Under the pieces are notes generated by a model that saw nothing but the letters and a program-made list of their open reading frames with translations, was not told where the DNA came from and did no database searches. A stretch of 64,000 bases of DNA from a virus (Duplodnaviria > Caudoviricetes). The stretch lies in IMG/VR virus record IMGVR_UViG_3300033802_000250; one strand, given 5' to 3'. The position numbers were made by a program, and so were the translations under genes. Shown one piece after another: positions 30,136 to 38,999 of the stretch; positions within the stretch are counted from its first letter, which is position 1, and each line of letters opens with the position of its first letter.

Positions 30136-30384
30136 GTGTTGGTCGTGGCTGAATGGAAAGAGCCCTATGTGGCGGTCGAGCCGATTACGATCACGTCCAA
30201 AACCCGTGTCGTCAATCTGCCGCGCCGCTATCATCCCGGTCAGGGCGATCTGGTCATCTACTACAACGGTATGTATGCGGTGCCCGGCTATGATTACAAC
30301 GAATTGACTCCGTTCTCCATCGAGTTCACCTACGATCTGGAGCCATTGGACACTGTCGTCGCCCACTATCAAAAGTTGTGGTGA
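30136..30384 (+). CDS. Small protein resembling a tail-fibre subdomain
   Basis: LVIYYNG...DYNE...IEF...L...V resembles VQVYIEG...FYEVDEWTIRL in the fibre. Confidence 0.55.
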   Translation: MLVVAEWKEPYVAVEPITITSKTRVVNLPRRYHPGQGDLVIYYNGMYAVPGYDYNELTPFSIEFTYDLEPLDTVVAHYQKLW

Positions 30385-30388
30385 TCGT

Positions 30389-30895
30389 ATGCATTACATT
30401 GCTCAAAGCTTGGTTGTCATCAATGACCGGGGCGCGATTCTCCAGTGGGATCCGGTTCACGACAGCGATTTGGACGGATACAACGTCTACATGGCGGAGA
30501 ACAAGCCGGAGAATTTCGTCAAACTCAACAAGTCGCTCATCGAGACGACAAGATTTGTGACCCCGGTTCTTCGCCCCGACATGAAGTATTACTTCTGCGT
30601 CACCAGTGTTGATTTGACCGGAAACGAGTCTGATCCGAGCGGCGTGATTGAATTTATGCTGTCGGACGCAAGGCCGAATCTGAACATTCGCAAGGTGCCG
30701 CTACCGGCCCGGGAGCCGGTAGCACCGTATGCGAAAAAGCTGAAGGATGTCGCCTTCGACGATTTCATGACACGATTTGAATGGGTTGACGGTTACTTCA
30801 ACGCCAAGAAGGATATTGTCGTTCCGGCTGGCGGCATGGTCAGCAGAACGATTACGTCTCGTTCCTTCACGACATTCTTCACAATAGGAGGGTGA
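30389..30895 (+). CDS. FN3-domain protein
   Basis: ILQW...DGYNVY...YYFCVTSVDLTGNES. Confidence 0.75.
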   Translation: MHYIAQSLVVINDRGAILQWDPVHDSDLDGYNVYMAENKPENFVKLNKSLIETTRFVTPVLRPDMKYYFCVTSVDLTGNESDPSGVIEFMLSDARPNLNIRKVPLPAREPVAPYAKKLKDVAFDDFMTRFEWVDGYFNAKKDIVVPAGGMVSRTITSRSFTTFFTIGG

Positions 30896-30897
30896 AT

Positions 30898-31797
30898 ATG
30901 AAGCTCAAGTACATCATCAACGACGACGCCAGACATTACGTCATGGTAGAGATCAATCCGGCAACGAAGAACGCTTCGATCCGGTACTTTCGCAACAACA
31001 ATCTCCAGCAAGAACGAACGATGTCCATTGCGGACGTGATCGACACCGAGCCGACGAAGAATCCGCAGGTTCAGGTCGCAAAGTTCGGGCACATTTGGGA
31101 TCTGCACGTCTTCAAGATTGACATCAACGGTCTTGAGACGCGGCGTACGGTGTCCCTGACCACTCCGGTCGAAGTCGTGTCCACGAAGCTCGAAATGATT
31201 AACGACAGTGCGACGGACGTGACGCTGAAGGATTACATCACGCATCCACTGGACGTTTACGCAAGCCGTCTGACGGCGCTGGAGCATACATTCTCAAACA
31301 CGACCGGCCTGACCGGCACCAGCGGCAATACATCGACAGCGCCGGTTGTAACGCCGAACGGCTACCTCGAACTCGGCAATCTCTCCTCGGTCGCCGCGAC
31401 ATTGGGCTCCGCCATCGACATGAACAACGAAAACTTCGCGCTGGTTCTGGATGTCATCAGCCTCGGGCTCAATGACATCACGACGGAATATCAACTTGAA
31501 GTGAAGCTTGGGTCGGCTGGTTCCAACGCGATCCGGTTTGATGTCAACAAAGGAGTTCTGTTCGTTGTCGGCGGCAATGAGAATGCGGTACTTCCGGCCA
31601 ACGTATGGGTGGATCGCATCAATATGTTACTGGAGGTCAAAAACGGCGTCGCCAAACTGTACGTTAATGGCTCGTCCGCCGATCTGCCGGGCTTCATTGC
31701 GGCAGAAACGCTCGATGCGATTGTACTGTCGTCAATGTGCAACGACACGGAAACGACGCGCGTCAATTACCTGCTGGTACAGCGCATGAGAGGATAA
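30898..31797 (+). CDS. Hypothetical protein with C-terminal beta-sandwich
   Basis: AGGAGGG RBS, Thr/Gly linker, lectin-like beta pattern (AKLYVNG). Confidence 0.6.
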   Translation: MKLKYIINDDARHYVMVEINPATKNASIRYFRNNNLQQERTMSIADVIDTEPTKNPQVQVAKFGHIWDLHVFKIDINGLETRRTVSLTTPVEVVSTKLEMINDSATDVTLKDYITHPLDVYASRLTALEHTFSNTTGLTGTSGNTSTAPVVTPNGYLELGNLSSVAATLGSAIDMNNENFALVLDVISLGLNDITTEYQLEVKLGSAGSNAIRFDVNKGVLFVVGGNENAVLPANVWVDRINMLLEVKNGVAKLYVNGSSADLPGFIAAETLDAIVLSSMCNDTETTRVNYLLVQRMRG

Positions 31798-31838
31798 TAA
31801 ACGGCTCCCGGGGTGATAGTCCTACGGGAGCCGTTTAT
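31797..31838. terminator. Bidirectional terminator between convergent operons
   Basis: Perfect 14-bp inverted repeat ATAAACGGCTCCCG / CGGGAGCCGTTTAT. Confidence 0.85.
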
Positions 31839-31876
31839 GCTCGGTGACAGCCTCAAAGATGTGCTGGAGCGATATA

Positions 31877-32761
31877 TCATATGCCCATCTTCTCCATATT
31901 ATGCCCCAAGCTCAAAATCTTATCCCGGAATTGCTCGAACGGCAGGAAGTCTCCTCTGCATTCGACCTCCCGGGCCCGCTCCCGGAACGCATGAATGCGC
32001 CGGGAGATCTTTTTGTCGGAGCCGCCGGAGAACAGATACAGAACGCGCGGAAACTTGCGGCGGTATAATTCCGCCCAAGACTCCTTGATCCACTGGCTGG
32101 AGAGTTCCCAATCACGATAGCGTTCCAGCTTGCGAAGCTCATCCATTTCCTTCTTTTCGCAGTTGTCTACCTCAATGAAGTATTTGTAGCCGAATCCGTT
32201 CTTCCTGAAGGCCACGATTAAGTCCGGCTCGATTTGCGCCGTCTTCGGCTTGTATGAATAGCAGGCCCGCATCAGATCTATACTAATCTCACCCGTGCGA
32301 TCAAGCTCGGTTAACATACAGTAGGCGTCGAGGATGCGGGCGTGGTGCTGGTATTCCATCGTCAGCGTCTTCGACGGCCTACCCTCGATGTCCAAGTATT
32401 TGTATCCCGCTCGATCCAGCCAGATGTATTGCACGCTGGTTCCCTCCCCTATGGGTAGTTTCGGCGAATACTTGTTGACGAAATGATACTCAAACAACTT
32501 GCGGATGCGGTCGCGGCAGATTTGTTCGCCGCGCCGACACTCAAAGAACGGTCGGATTACCTTTCCGCTCTTGAGTGTGGTCTGCGGCGTCAATATATAA
32601 AGATGACGCACGGTCATAACCGGGAACTGCGCCAGCAAGTGCAACATAGCCACATCCCGTGGCGTGAGGATGTGGCTATGTTGCTGTACCCATTCCTTCG
32701 ATATGGTCGCCACATGTTCCCGCTGAGAGCGGCCCTTACGAATCCTGCCCAAGCGGAACAC
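31877..32761 (-). CDS. Replication-relaxation family protein (wHTH plus PD-(D/E)XK-type relaxase)
   Basis: LTPRDVAML, wHTH region, HH, IEPD, YFIEVD, KLERY. Directly follows the ATPase. Confidence 0.8.
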   Translation of the reverse strand: MFRLGRIRKGRSQREHVATISKEWVQQHSHILTPRDVAMLHLLAQFPVMTVRHLYILTPQTTLKSGKVIRPFFECRRGEQICRDRIRKLFEYHFVNKYSPKLPIGEGTSVQYIWLDRAGYKYLDIEGRPSKTLTMEYQHHARILDAYCMLTELDRTGEISIDLMRACYSYKPKTAQIEPDLIVAFRKNGFGYKYFIEVDNCEKKEMDELRKLERYRDWELSSQWIKESWAELYRRKFPRVLYLFSGGSDKKISRRIHAFRERAREVECRGDFLPFEQFRDKILSLGHNMEKMGI

Positions 32762-35144
32762 CTTCTTCCTCCTCTTTATGCTCGTAGGACTCCAACAATT
32801 CGCGATATTCCTGAACCGTAAGCTTCAGGTTTCGCGCCGAAATATCCTCTCGATGCTCATCCACAGTCTTCGGGGCAAGAATGCGTCTCCACTTTTGTTG
32901 CAGGGCCGGATCCGGGCCGTAGGATTTCGGGAGCATCCCTTTGGCGTTGAAGATGAACGGCTTCAGACTCTCCTTGCCTACATACGTCTTGAAGTACCAG
33001 TGGTATTCGAGCGATTCAAGCTGAGCGAGTTCCTCCTTCGAGATCTTCAGGATACTCGCCATTTCCTTTAGGCCATCGTTGTCAAGCCCGCCGCCGACGA
33101 GGATATGTGGATTCATGCCGATGATCTGGCTCCAGAGCGCCGGGTCGCGCTTAATCACTTGCGTTGGATTCTGAATGAGGAAGTTGTCGCTCACCCGGTA
33201 CTTCCTCGATTTGGAGATGCTGAGTTCAAAGACCGGCGTCGCTGTCATGTATGTCTGCGGCTCGTCGTACATCTTGTGGTGTAGGATGGGCTCCTGCTTG
33301 CGCTGAAGCATTGCTTCTCGCGACAGCGTCGCCGTCCAATAGGCGTAATTGAGAAAACTCATTAGCATCCGCTGTTCCGTCTCCAAAAATACGCCGTTGG
33401 AGAGGTTGTAGAGGATCCACCGCCCTTCATTCATCCATTTGGCGATCTCCAGCCGTCCGCCGCGTCCGCAAAAGATCGGCGCGATCCGTTTGTTGTATTG
33501 CAGGTTATCGAGGCGGTAGAGGATCGGCTGGAGAATTTCATTTATCATCGCCTCGCTCTTGGCGATCTTCGGGAACTCCGATTTCCACCATAGATACAAA
33601 TCCGGGTGTGTTTTACGGATCTTCGGCAGAAACTTGCGGCGGTAATCTTCATCCCGCATCATCAGGATCAATTCCAGAAACGTCGAATCCGGGTCGGTGA
33701 ATACCGTAATGGCCGATTTTTGAAGGAAGGAGTTCATTCGAGCGTAGCTCGCCGTGTGGAAGAAAATCTCGAAGAACTCCGCGAACATCATGCCGATGGT
33801 ATCTGCGTCTGTTCCAAGACTTGAGAAGTTGAAGACGTGGGGATATTCTTGGTTTGCGAAATCGACGAGGACGAGTTTGTCGCGTCGCTCCAGCGGCGTA
33901 CATTCGATTGCTTCGAGGTAGAGCCTTCCGTCTGCAACATCAAAAATGCTTCCACCATGTCCGACGGCAAGGGCTCCTTGCATAAAGACTTTGACGGCAG
34001 TTGATTTTCCACTACCCGGAGGAGCGATCCAAAGTCGAGCCTTTGCGGCTGTGTCAGGATTAGCGATACTAAATCCGACTTCTTTTCCTCGGGAATCGTA
34101 TTCAATGCTATATCCAACAGGAATGATTGCGCTTGTGATACGTTGATCCACATGTTCTTCATCGGGCACCATCCTCTCCAGTCGTTTTGTCTTGATGTCC
34201 TTCGTGGGAAAACACAGCAAGCCTTTCAACTCGTCTTCGCACAGGAGATTATGCGAAGACATAAGAGGCATTTGTCTTCTCTGGATGGACATCAGCGCCG
34301 CTTTCTTGAACAGCACGCCGGACAGACGCCAATTGTTGTAGTAGTTGGTTGCCTTGAATGAGCCCGCAAGTCCTTCGATAATGTCGTTTCGGCGGCCATA
34401 ATCTTTCGCCTGCACCGCCAGCCGGACGGCAACATGGAAGCCGGACTGGCGAATTTTCTTGTGAAAATCGTTGATCTGCCGGTGCTTCTTTTGACTCGGT
34501 CGCTCGCTCTGCTTCTGCTTACCGATGGTGTTGACCCATCGCGTGATGGAACTGTCCAGCATCCGCCCTCCGGCCTGAAGCCAGTTACCATCAGCGACCG
34601 GATCGCCCCGAAGATACGCCTCATAGGTCTTCTCCAGATCCTCCTGCCAACTGTCGAGAATCGGCTCGATCAGAATTTGCACGAAAGCTTTTTCGCCCTC
34701 ACGCAACTCCTCCGTTACATGAAGCATATCTTTGCAGATCATAGTATCGCCGAGTTGAAGCGGGAAGATCGGGTTCTTCGTCAGGTTGAGGGTAGCGATC
34801 AATGTGTCCGGCGGATCCTCCTCAAACGGCCATCCTTTATGGGTATGCTCTTTCACCCCGGCTCCCTTGAACGCGGCCTGAATGCGCTCCTTCATCAGAA
34901 TCTTGTGTCGGGCGGGAACCGTGTAAAGATAAAAGCTGGTATTGTGGTCTGCGTACAGTTCAAATGCGATGACTGGCTGACCACCTCGGAGCGCCTTGAA
35001 TAACTGATCGTTGCGAATAGAGTAGAACGATTTGATGAGTGTACCAAGTTCCGCATTATTGTTGTCGGTCGTGGGCGCGATGCGGTAAGAGACGTAGTCG
35101 TGAACCTTCAGGATGCCGGGGCGGTATCTATTTGCCTCTTGCAC
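32736..35144 (-). CDS. VirD4/TraG/HerA-like DNA-translocating ATPase
   Basis: Walker A APPGSGKS, IFD, Walker B MYDEPQ, SKSRKY...Q motif and an all-alpha insert. No TM segment seen. Confidence 0.8.
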   Translation of the reverse strand: MQEANRYRPGILKVHDYVSYRIAPTTDNNNAELGTLIKSFYSIRNDQLFKALRGGQPVIAFELYADHNTSFYLYTVPARHKILMKERIQAAFKGAGVKEHTHKGWPFEEDPPDTLIATLNLTKNPIFPLQLGDTMICKDMLHVTEELREGEKAFVQILIEPILDSWQEDLEKTYEAYLRGDPVADGNWLQAGGRMLDSSITRWVNTIGKQKQSERPSQKKHRQINDFHKKIRQSGFHVAVRLAVQAKDYGRRNDIIEGLAGSFKATNYYNNWRLSGVLFKKAALMSIQRRQMPLMSSHNLLCEDELKGLLCFPTKDIKTKRLERMVPDEEHVDQRITSAIIPVGYSIEYDSRGKEVGFSIANPDTAAKARLWIAPPGSGKSTAVKVFMQGALAVGHGGSIFDVADGRLYLEAIECTPLERRDKLVLVDFANQEYPHVFNFSSLGTDADTIGMMFAEFFEIFFHTASYARMNSFLQKSAITVFTDPDSTFLELILMMRDEDYRRKFLPKIRKTHPDLYLWWKSEFPKIAKSEAMINEILQPILYRLDNLQYNKRIAPIFCGRGGRLEIAKWMNEGRWILYNLSNGVFLETEQRMLMSFLNYAYWTATLSREAMLQRKQEPILHHKMYDEPQTYMTATPVFELSISKSRKYRVSDNFLIQNPTQVIKRDPALWSQIIGMNPHILVGGGLDNDGLKEMASILKISKEELAQLESLEYHWYFKTYVGKESLKPFIFNAKGMLPKSYGPDPALQQKWRRILAPKTVDEHREDISARNLKLTVQEYRELLESYEHKEEEEGVPLGQDS

Positions 35145-35259
35145 GCCCGCTCACCACCTTGAGCGTCAGGATACCGACGACCATCAATGTAATCGTGTTA
35201 ATGGCAAGCACCGTCGTCTGAATGACCAAGGCAACCGTCATAATTTGCTCAGCCGACAT
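35128..35259 (-). CDS. Single-TM peptide (43 aa, not in the ORF track)
   Basis: AAGGGGGTG RBS; MSAEQIMTVALVIQTTVLAINTITLMVVGILTLKVVSGRARGK*. Overlaps the ATPase start. Confidence 0.7.
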   Translation of the reverse strand: MSAEQIMTVALVIQTTVLAINTITLMVVGILTLKVVSGRARGK

Positions 35260-35271
35260 GGGACACCCCCT

Positions 35272-36186
35272 TCACTTTGAGCGCGTCGCCAGCATTTTCG
35301 CCACTCTGACGATGTTTTTCAGCATGTTCTTTTCGCCGCCGGATGACGGAAAGATGCTCTGAAGCCACGACGGCGGGTAATTCATCACATGTAAACCTCC
35401 GATAGACAGCATCAATCGAACGAGTCCAGAGTTCATACCGTCGATGGTGCCCTCAAACGGGAAGATGTTCGGCGCATACAGAATCACGGCGACCAGACTG
35501 AGCAAAAGGCTTTGATAGACCTGAATACCGTATTTGTATAGCGTATCCCTGAGCCAGCCGCTTGCCACCTGCTCGTAAGGCCGGAACGTGTACGCCAACA
35601 TAACGAATGGCGTCATCACACAGTTGAACAGCAAGCCGAACCAGCGGTTCGCATGAAAAAAGAATGTGCGGATCAGATAGTATCCAAGCACAGCAATAAA
35701 GATGAATGTCAGAAACGCCATGTAGATGCTTGCGCCAAACTGATGCAGAGTGCTGGAATAGATTGCTGAAGAATGAAGGGTGGAACCGGTAATGAGGCCA
35801 ATCAGGGAGACGAGTTCGTTGACTCCCATGCCTGCAAAATAGAACAGGGTCGGCGCAAAAGCTGTAACTGCAAGCGCAATGGGATATCGACGAATGATGG
35901 TGGAGATCGGGGTGTATTGCATGGAAAGCGTGCGCTTGATGCCTTCAATCATGGCGAGTACGGTTACAAGCCCGCCGGAAATGACTCCGAATTTGAACAC
36001 GAGACTCATGGTTGTTGTCGTTTTGAATACGGAGAACGGCGTAAACAAAACATACTTGAGCATTTCGTCGAAGATCCATCCGACAAAGTCGATCAAGAAG
36101 CCGCGCTCTTTTTCAACAATATACTCCTCCGCCGACTGGCATCCCGGCAGAAAAAGACAGGGTAGCGCGAGCGCAAACGCCTTCAG
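35272..36186 (-). CDS. Polytopic membrane protein, VirB6/TrbL-like (start uncertain)
   Basis: About 6-7 TM segments with R...L....P......P....GW pattern, lipobox-like FLPGC, and operon context. Confidence 0.6.
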   Translation of the reverse strand: MKAFALALPCLFLPGCQSAEEYIVEKERGFLIDFVGWIFDEMLKYVLFTPFSVFKTTTTMSLVFKFGVISGGLVTVLAMIEGIKRTLSMQYTPISTIIRRYPIALAVTAFAPTLFYFAGMGVNELVSLIGLITGSTLHSSAIYSSTLHQFGASIYMAFLTFIFIAVLGYYLIRTFFFHANRWFGLLFNCVMTPFVMLAYTFRPYEQVASGWLRDTLYKYGIQVYQSLLLSLVAVILYAPNIFPFEGTIDGMNSGLVRLMLSIGGLHVMNYPPSWLQSIFPSSGGEKNMLKNIVRVAKMLATRSK

Positions 36187-36197
36187 CGTGCGCCGCT

Positions 36198-36695
36198 TTA
36201 CATCAAAGAACCGGGAAAGAGCTTGAGCAAACCTCGGACAATCATGGCTAGGATACCCAACACAGCAGGTGCAGTAAGCACTTGGATCATACCCATGCAG
36301 GCATCCGCGTACCTGCGCCTCGCTTCTTCGCGAAGCCCAATAATCCTTAAAAGACCGGCTATCATAGCCATAATAACGGCGACCGAGACGCAAAGCCCAA
36401 GACAAAGCAATTGGATCTTGAGCAATACCATATCGACTTCCGGCGGGATAACCGCTTCCTTCTTCATGGCTTCGATAGTTTCCTTCGGAAGCGCGGCCCA
36501 CGCCGGATGCGTCGGAGTTACGGCAAGAAGTCCCACAAGTAACCCGAAAACCCGACGCTGTTTTCTTAATGATTTGGGCTCCTTGCCTTGCATAAAATTT
36601 GCGACAGCTTTGATGTCTTTCGCTATTGCTTTCTCAATTCTGACAGGACGAGACTCAAGTGTTACCCGAAACCCTGTCGCCGTTGCGGTCATCAT
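36198..36695 (-). CDS. VirB2/TrbC pilin-like membrane protein
   Basis: Signal-like segment ending AWA, then two TM helices separated by a basic loop (REEARRRY). RBS AAGGTGGTGA. Confidence 0.55.
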   Translation of the reverse strand: MMTATATGFRVTLESRPVRIEKAIAKDIKAVANFMQGKEPKSLRKQRRVFGLLVGLLAVTPTHPAWAALPKETIEAMKKEAVIPPEVDMVLLKIQLLCLGLCVSVAVIMAMIAGLLRIIGLREEARRRYADACMGMIQVLTAPAVLGILAMIVRGLLKLFPGSLM

Positions 36696-36730
36696 CGTTA
36701 TCACCACCTTCAATGGAGTAAGGTGGTTTA

Positions 36731-36760
36731 TAACTATGTCGATTGCTACTCGTCTTATTC
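36731..36760 (-). promoter_or_regulatory. Sporulation-sigma-like promoter (SigE/SigG type) for the transfer operon
   Basis: Minus strand GAATA-N17-CATAGTTA. Imperfect match; no good SigA site seen. Confidence 0.4.
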
Positions 36761-36814
36761 CAAAATTTCCGATACAATAAAGGTATCAAGTTCACAGTAA
36801 AGGAGGTCGTGAAC

Positions 36815-37522
36815 ATGCCACATGCTATTCAGAGTAATGACGATGCGAGTCGAACCGGGCTTTACGTCGGCATTGGGGTAGCAACATTAGGGGTTGCCGG
36901 GGCCATCGTAGCCCACAAGACCGGAGCGTACAAGAAAGCGGCCCGGGCTTTGGGATTGGACGCTAAATCCAGAGCGGCCCGCGCCGCCAAGAAAGAAGAA
37001 GCGTACGCCCGTAACGAAGCCCGCAAGGTCTTCAACGAGAAATTCGGCACAAACGTATCCGGTCTCAGCTACGAGGATAAGCTGAAATATATGAATCAAT
37101 TGGATAACGATGCAGACAAGGATCTGTTCCGCAAGGCGACGTTTGGTGATAATGACTGGAGACAATATAAGGAGGAGGTCGAGAAGAAGATTACTGATTC
37201 CCGAATAGCCTCGGTGAATGCAACGGACGAAGGCCAGAAGATCGCAGAACGGCTCAAACAAACCGAAACGGGCCGCCAAGTCAACAACTTGCGCGAGCGG
37301 CTGAATCGTCAACAAGAGGTAAAAGCAAAAATGGATGCTACGCTTGTACATGAGCGGGCATATTCGACAGTGGATCAGATGTACAATGATCGCATTCAAG
37401 CCGAGCAAATTCTGAATCGAGTAGAGCGGGCTCAAGCTATCAACGGTATGCTGGTTGAACCTGCGGAAGTCGTTCTCTCAAGATTGGATGCAAAGCGTAA
37501 GCAAATGCAAAGAAATTCATGA
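36815..37522 (+). CDS. Membrane-anchored coiled-coil protein
   Basis: AAAGGAGG RBS, Gly-rich TM near the N-terminus, helical charged remainder. Confidence 0.7.
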   Translation: MPHAIQSNDDASRTGLYVGIGVATLGVAGAIVAHKTGAYKKAARALGLDAKSRAARAAKKEEAYARNEARKVFNEKFGTNVSGLSYEDKLKYMNQLDNDADKDLFRKATFGDNDWRQYKEEVEKKITDSRIASVNATDEGQKIAERLKQTETGRQVNNLRERLNRQQEVKAKMDATLVHERAYSTVDQMYNDRIQAEQILNRVERAQAINGMLVEPAEVVLSRLDAKRKQMQRNS

Positions 37523-37549
37523 TAGTCCGGTATAAAGGAGGGATCGTCA

Positions 37550-37777
37550 TTGCGAAGCAATATGGCCGCCAGTAAGCAGGCGCTTTTCGCGTTTGCTGGC
37601 CGGGTAAAAACCCGCGCTTCAACCGCAATGCAAAAATTTCGGGAAGTCATGAATGAACCGAGAGGGAAGCCCTACAGCAAGATGACGCCGCAGGAGCGTA
37701 TAGAGTTTGATCTCGACTTCCTCGACGATATGGACGACATACCTCGTTCGTGGCTGAAGATGAACAAGCGCAAATAA
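37550..37777 (+). CDS. Small hypothetical protein
   Basis: AAAGGAGG RBS with TTG start. Confidence 0.6.
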   Translation: MRSNMAASKQALFAFAGRVKTRASTAMQKFREVMNEPRGKPYSKMTPQERIEFDLDFLDDMDDIPRSWLKMNKRK

Positions 37778-37839
37778 CAAAAAGAAGGAACCAACGGCGT
37801 ACTGCGGTTCAGGGCCGCAGTACGACACGATTGGTTCCT
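37778..37839 (-). terminator. Long interrupted hairpin, probable terminator between convergent genes
   Basis: Outer stem AGGAACCAA/TTGGTTCCT, inner stem CGTACTGCGG/CCGCAGTACG. The upstream A tract reads as a U tract on the minus strand. Confidence 0.65.
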
Positions 37840-38054
37840 ATCTGTGCGACAATAACATCTCGGGCCGGAGCCAAGTCTTGCCCATCAAATATTAAAGTCT
37901 CGTTGTCATCAATAACTCCACCCTGCTCTACCTTCAACCCCAAGCGTATCAAGTGCTTCATGCGTTCCGAACGGTTTTTGACATCACGGAATGCCTCCTC
38001 AAGATCCGTATCCCTGCCATCTTTCGCCAGTCTACATTGGAGCAATGGAATCAT
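37809..38054 (-). CDS. Small ribbon-helix-helix-like DNA-binding protein
   Basis: Alternating strand LQCRL, then two helices (NRSERMKHLIRLGL). GGAGGGG RBS. Confidence 0.5.
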   Translation of the reverse strand: MIPLLQCRLAKDGRDTDLEEAFRDVKNRSERMKHLIRLGLKVEQGGVIDDNETLIFDGQDLAPARDVIVAQIGTNRVVLRP

Positions 38055-38088
38055 TTACATCCCCTCCAAAAGCTGATGTTATGTCATA

Positions 38089-38119
38089 ATTGTATGGCAA
38101 AGGTTTTTGTCCGTATGAC
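38089..38119 (-). promoter_or_regulatory. SigE-like promoter
   Basis: Minus strand GTCATA-N17-CATACAAT. Confidence 0.65.
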
Positions 38120-38121
38120 AG

Positions 38122-38151
38122 GAATAAAACACCTGTGTTACGGATAGACTA
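38122..38151 (+). promoter_or_regulatory. SigF-like promoter
   Basis: GAATA-N15-GGATAGACTA, against consensus GYWTA-N15-GGnnAnAnTA. Confidence 0.65.
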
Positions 38152-38190
38152 GCTTTAGGTGACAATCTCAAAGATGACAGGAGGAATTTC

Positions 38191-38649
38191 GTGATGTCAA
38201 AAGAGAAGCGAGTCCGCTACTCTGGAGCGTACAATCGTCTATTCCCCGTGAAAGTATCCACGAACACCTTCATCACCATCTACATCTTACACCTATTGCT
38301 AATGAAGGGAAGACTGTATGGCAAAGAGATCATCAACTCCATCGAAGACCGCTTTTCCGGTCAATGGAAACCATCACACGGTTTGGTATATCCGATACTC
38401 CGGGAACTTGAGGCGGAAGGTTTAGTCCGGGGCGAATGGATTGGAGATAGCTCAAAGAAGACGATCCGCATTTACGAGATCACGGAGAAGGGTCGCGAGG
38501 TGTACGACAAGGAAAAAGAAAAGCACAAAGGCGTCTTCGCTCAATCGTATGCCATCATGGAAACCCTGATGGGCGACCTGTACGAAGACTACCGACCGAT
38601 TGAGTGGATTGACGCTGACAAAAAGGAGAATAAAGCCGCCTTCGCTTAA
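38191..38649 (+). CDS. PadR-family transcriptional regulator
   Basis: YGKEII...WKPSHGLVYPILRELEAEGLV...YEITEKG. Confidence 0.9.
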   Translation: MMSKEKRVRYSGAYNRLFPVKVSTNTFITIYILHLLLMKGRLYGKEIINSIEDRFSGQWKPSHGLVYPILRELEAEGLVRGEWIGDSSKKTIRIYEITEKGREVYDKEKEKHKGVFAQSYAIMETLMGDLYEDYRPIEWIDADKKENKAAFA

Positions 38650-38668
38650 TGAAGGCGGCTATTATTTT
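38629..38668. terminator. Bidirectional terminator
   Basis: AGCCGCCTTC-N7-GAAGGCGGCT flanked by A- and T-rich tracts. Confidence 0.85.
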
Positions 38669-38999
38669 ACCGGTTGACGCCGCGCCGAACCTCATCGCGG
38701 TAGCGCTCCTCATTCTCGTTATCCTGCATACTGCGCCACAAGAGTTGCGCATTCCTTTGAATGGTTCGCGTATTCTCGTCCAGCTTCGGCAGGTAATTGT
38801 CCCGAAGATCGAGAAGCTCCTTTTCGGTAATCGCCTTGCCGGATTGGACAGCCTTTACCATGAGGTTCAATTGGATTCTCGCATGATCGACGGTTTGCTC
38901 GATCTGATCTGCGCTGGAAGCCATTTGCGTCACCAAATCTTGGCCGTATTTCATGGCCCGAAGTTCGGCTTGCGTAATGCAGATGATCTGCTTATTCAA
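38667..38999 (-). CDS. Hypothetical helical protein
   Basis: ORF tiles with its neighbours. Confidence 0.6.
   Translation of the reverse strand: MNKQIICITQAELRAMKYGQDLVTQMASSADQIEQTVDHARIQLNLMVKAVQSGKAITEKELLDLRDNYLPKLDENTRTIQRNAQLLWRSMQDNENEERYRDEVRRGVNR

Noticed and set aside
36737-36743. Spo0A box TGTCGAT in the transfer-operon promoter
   Set aside because: A single 6/7 match to TGNCGAA is too common to be meaningful.
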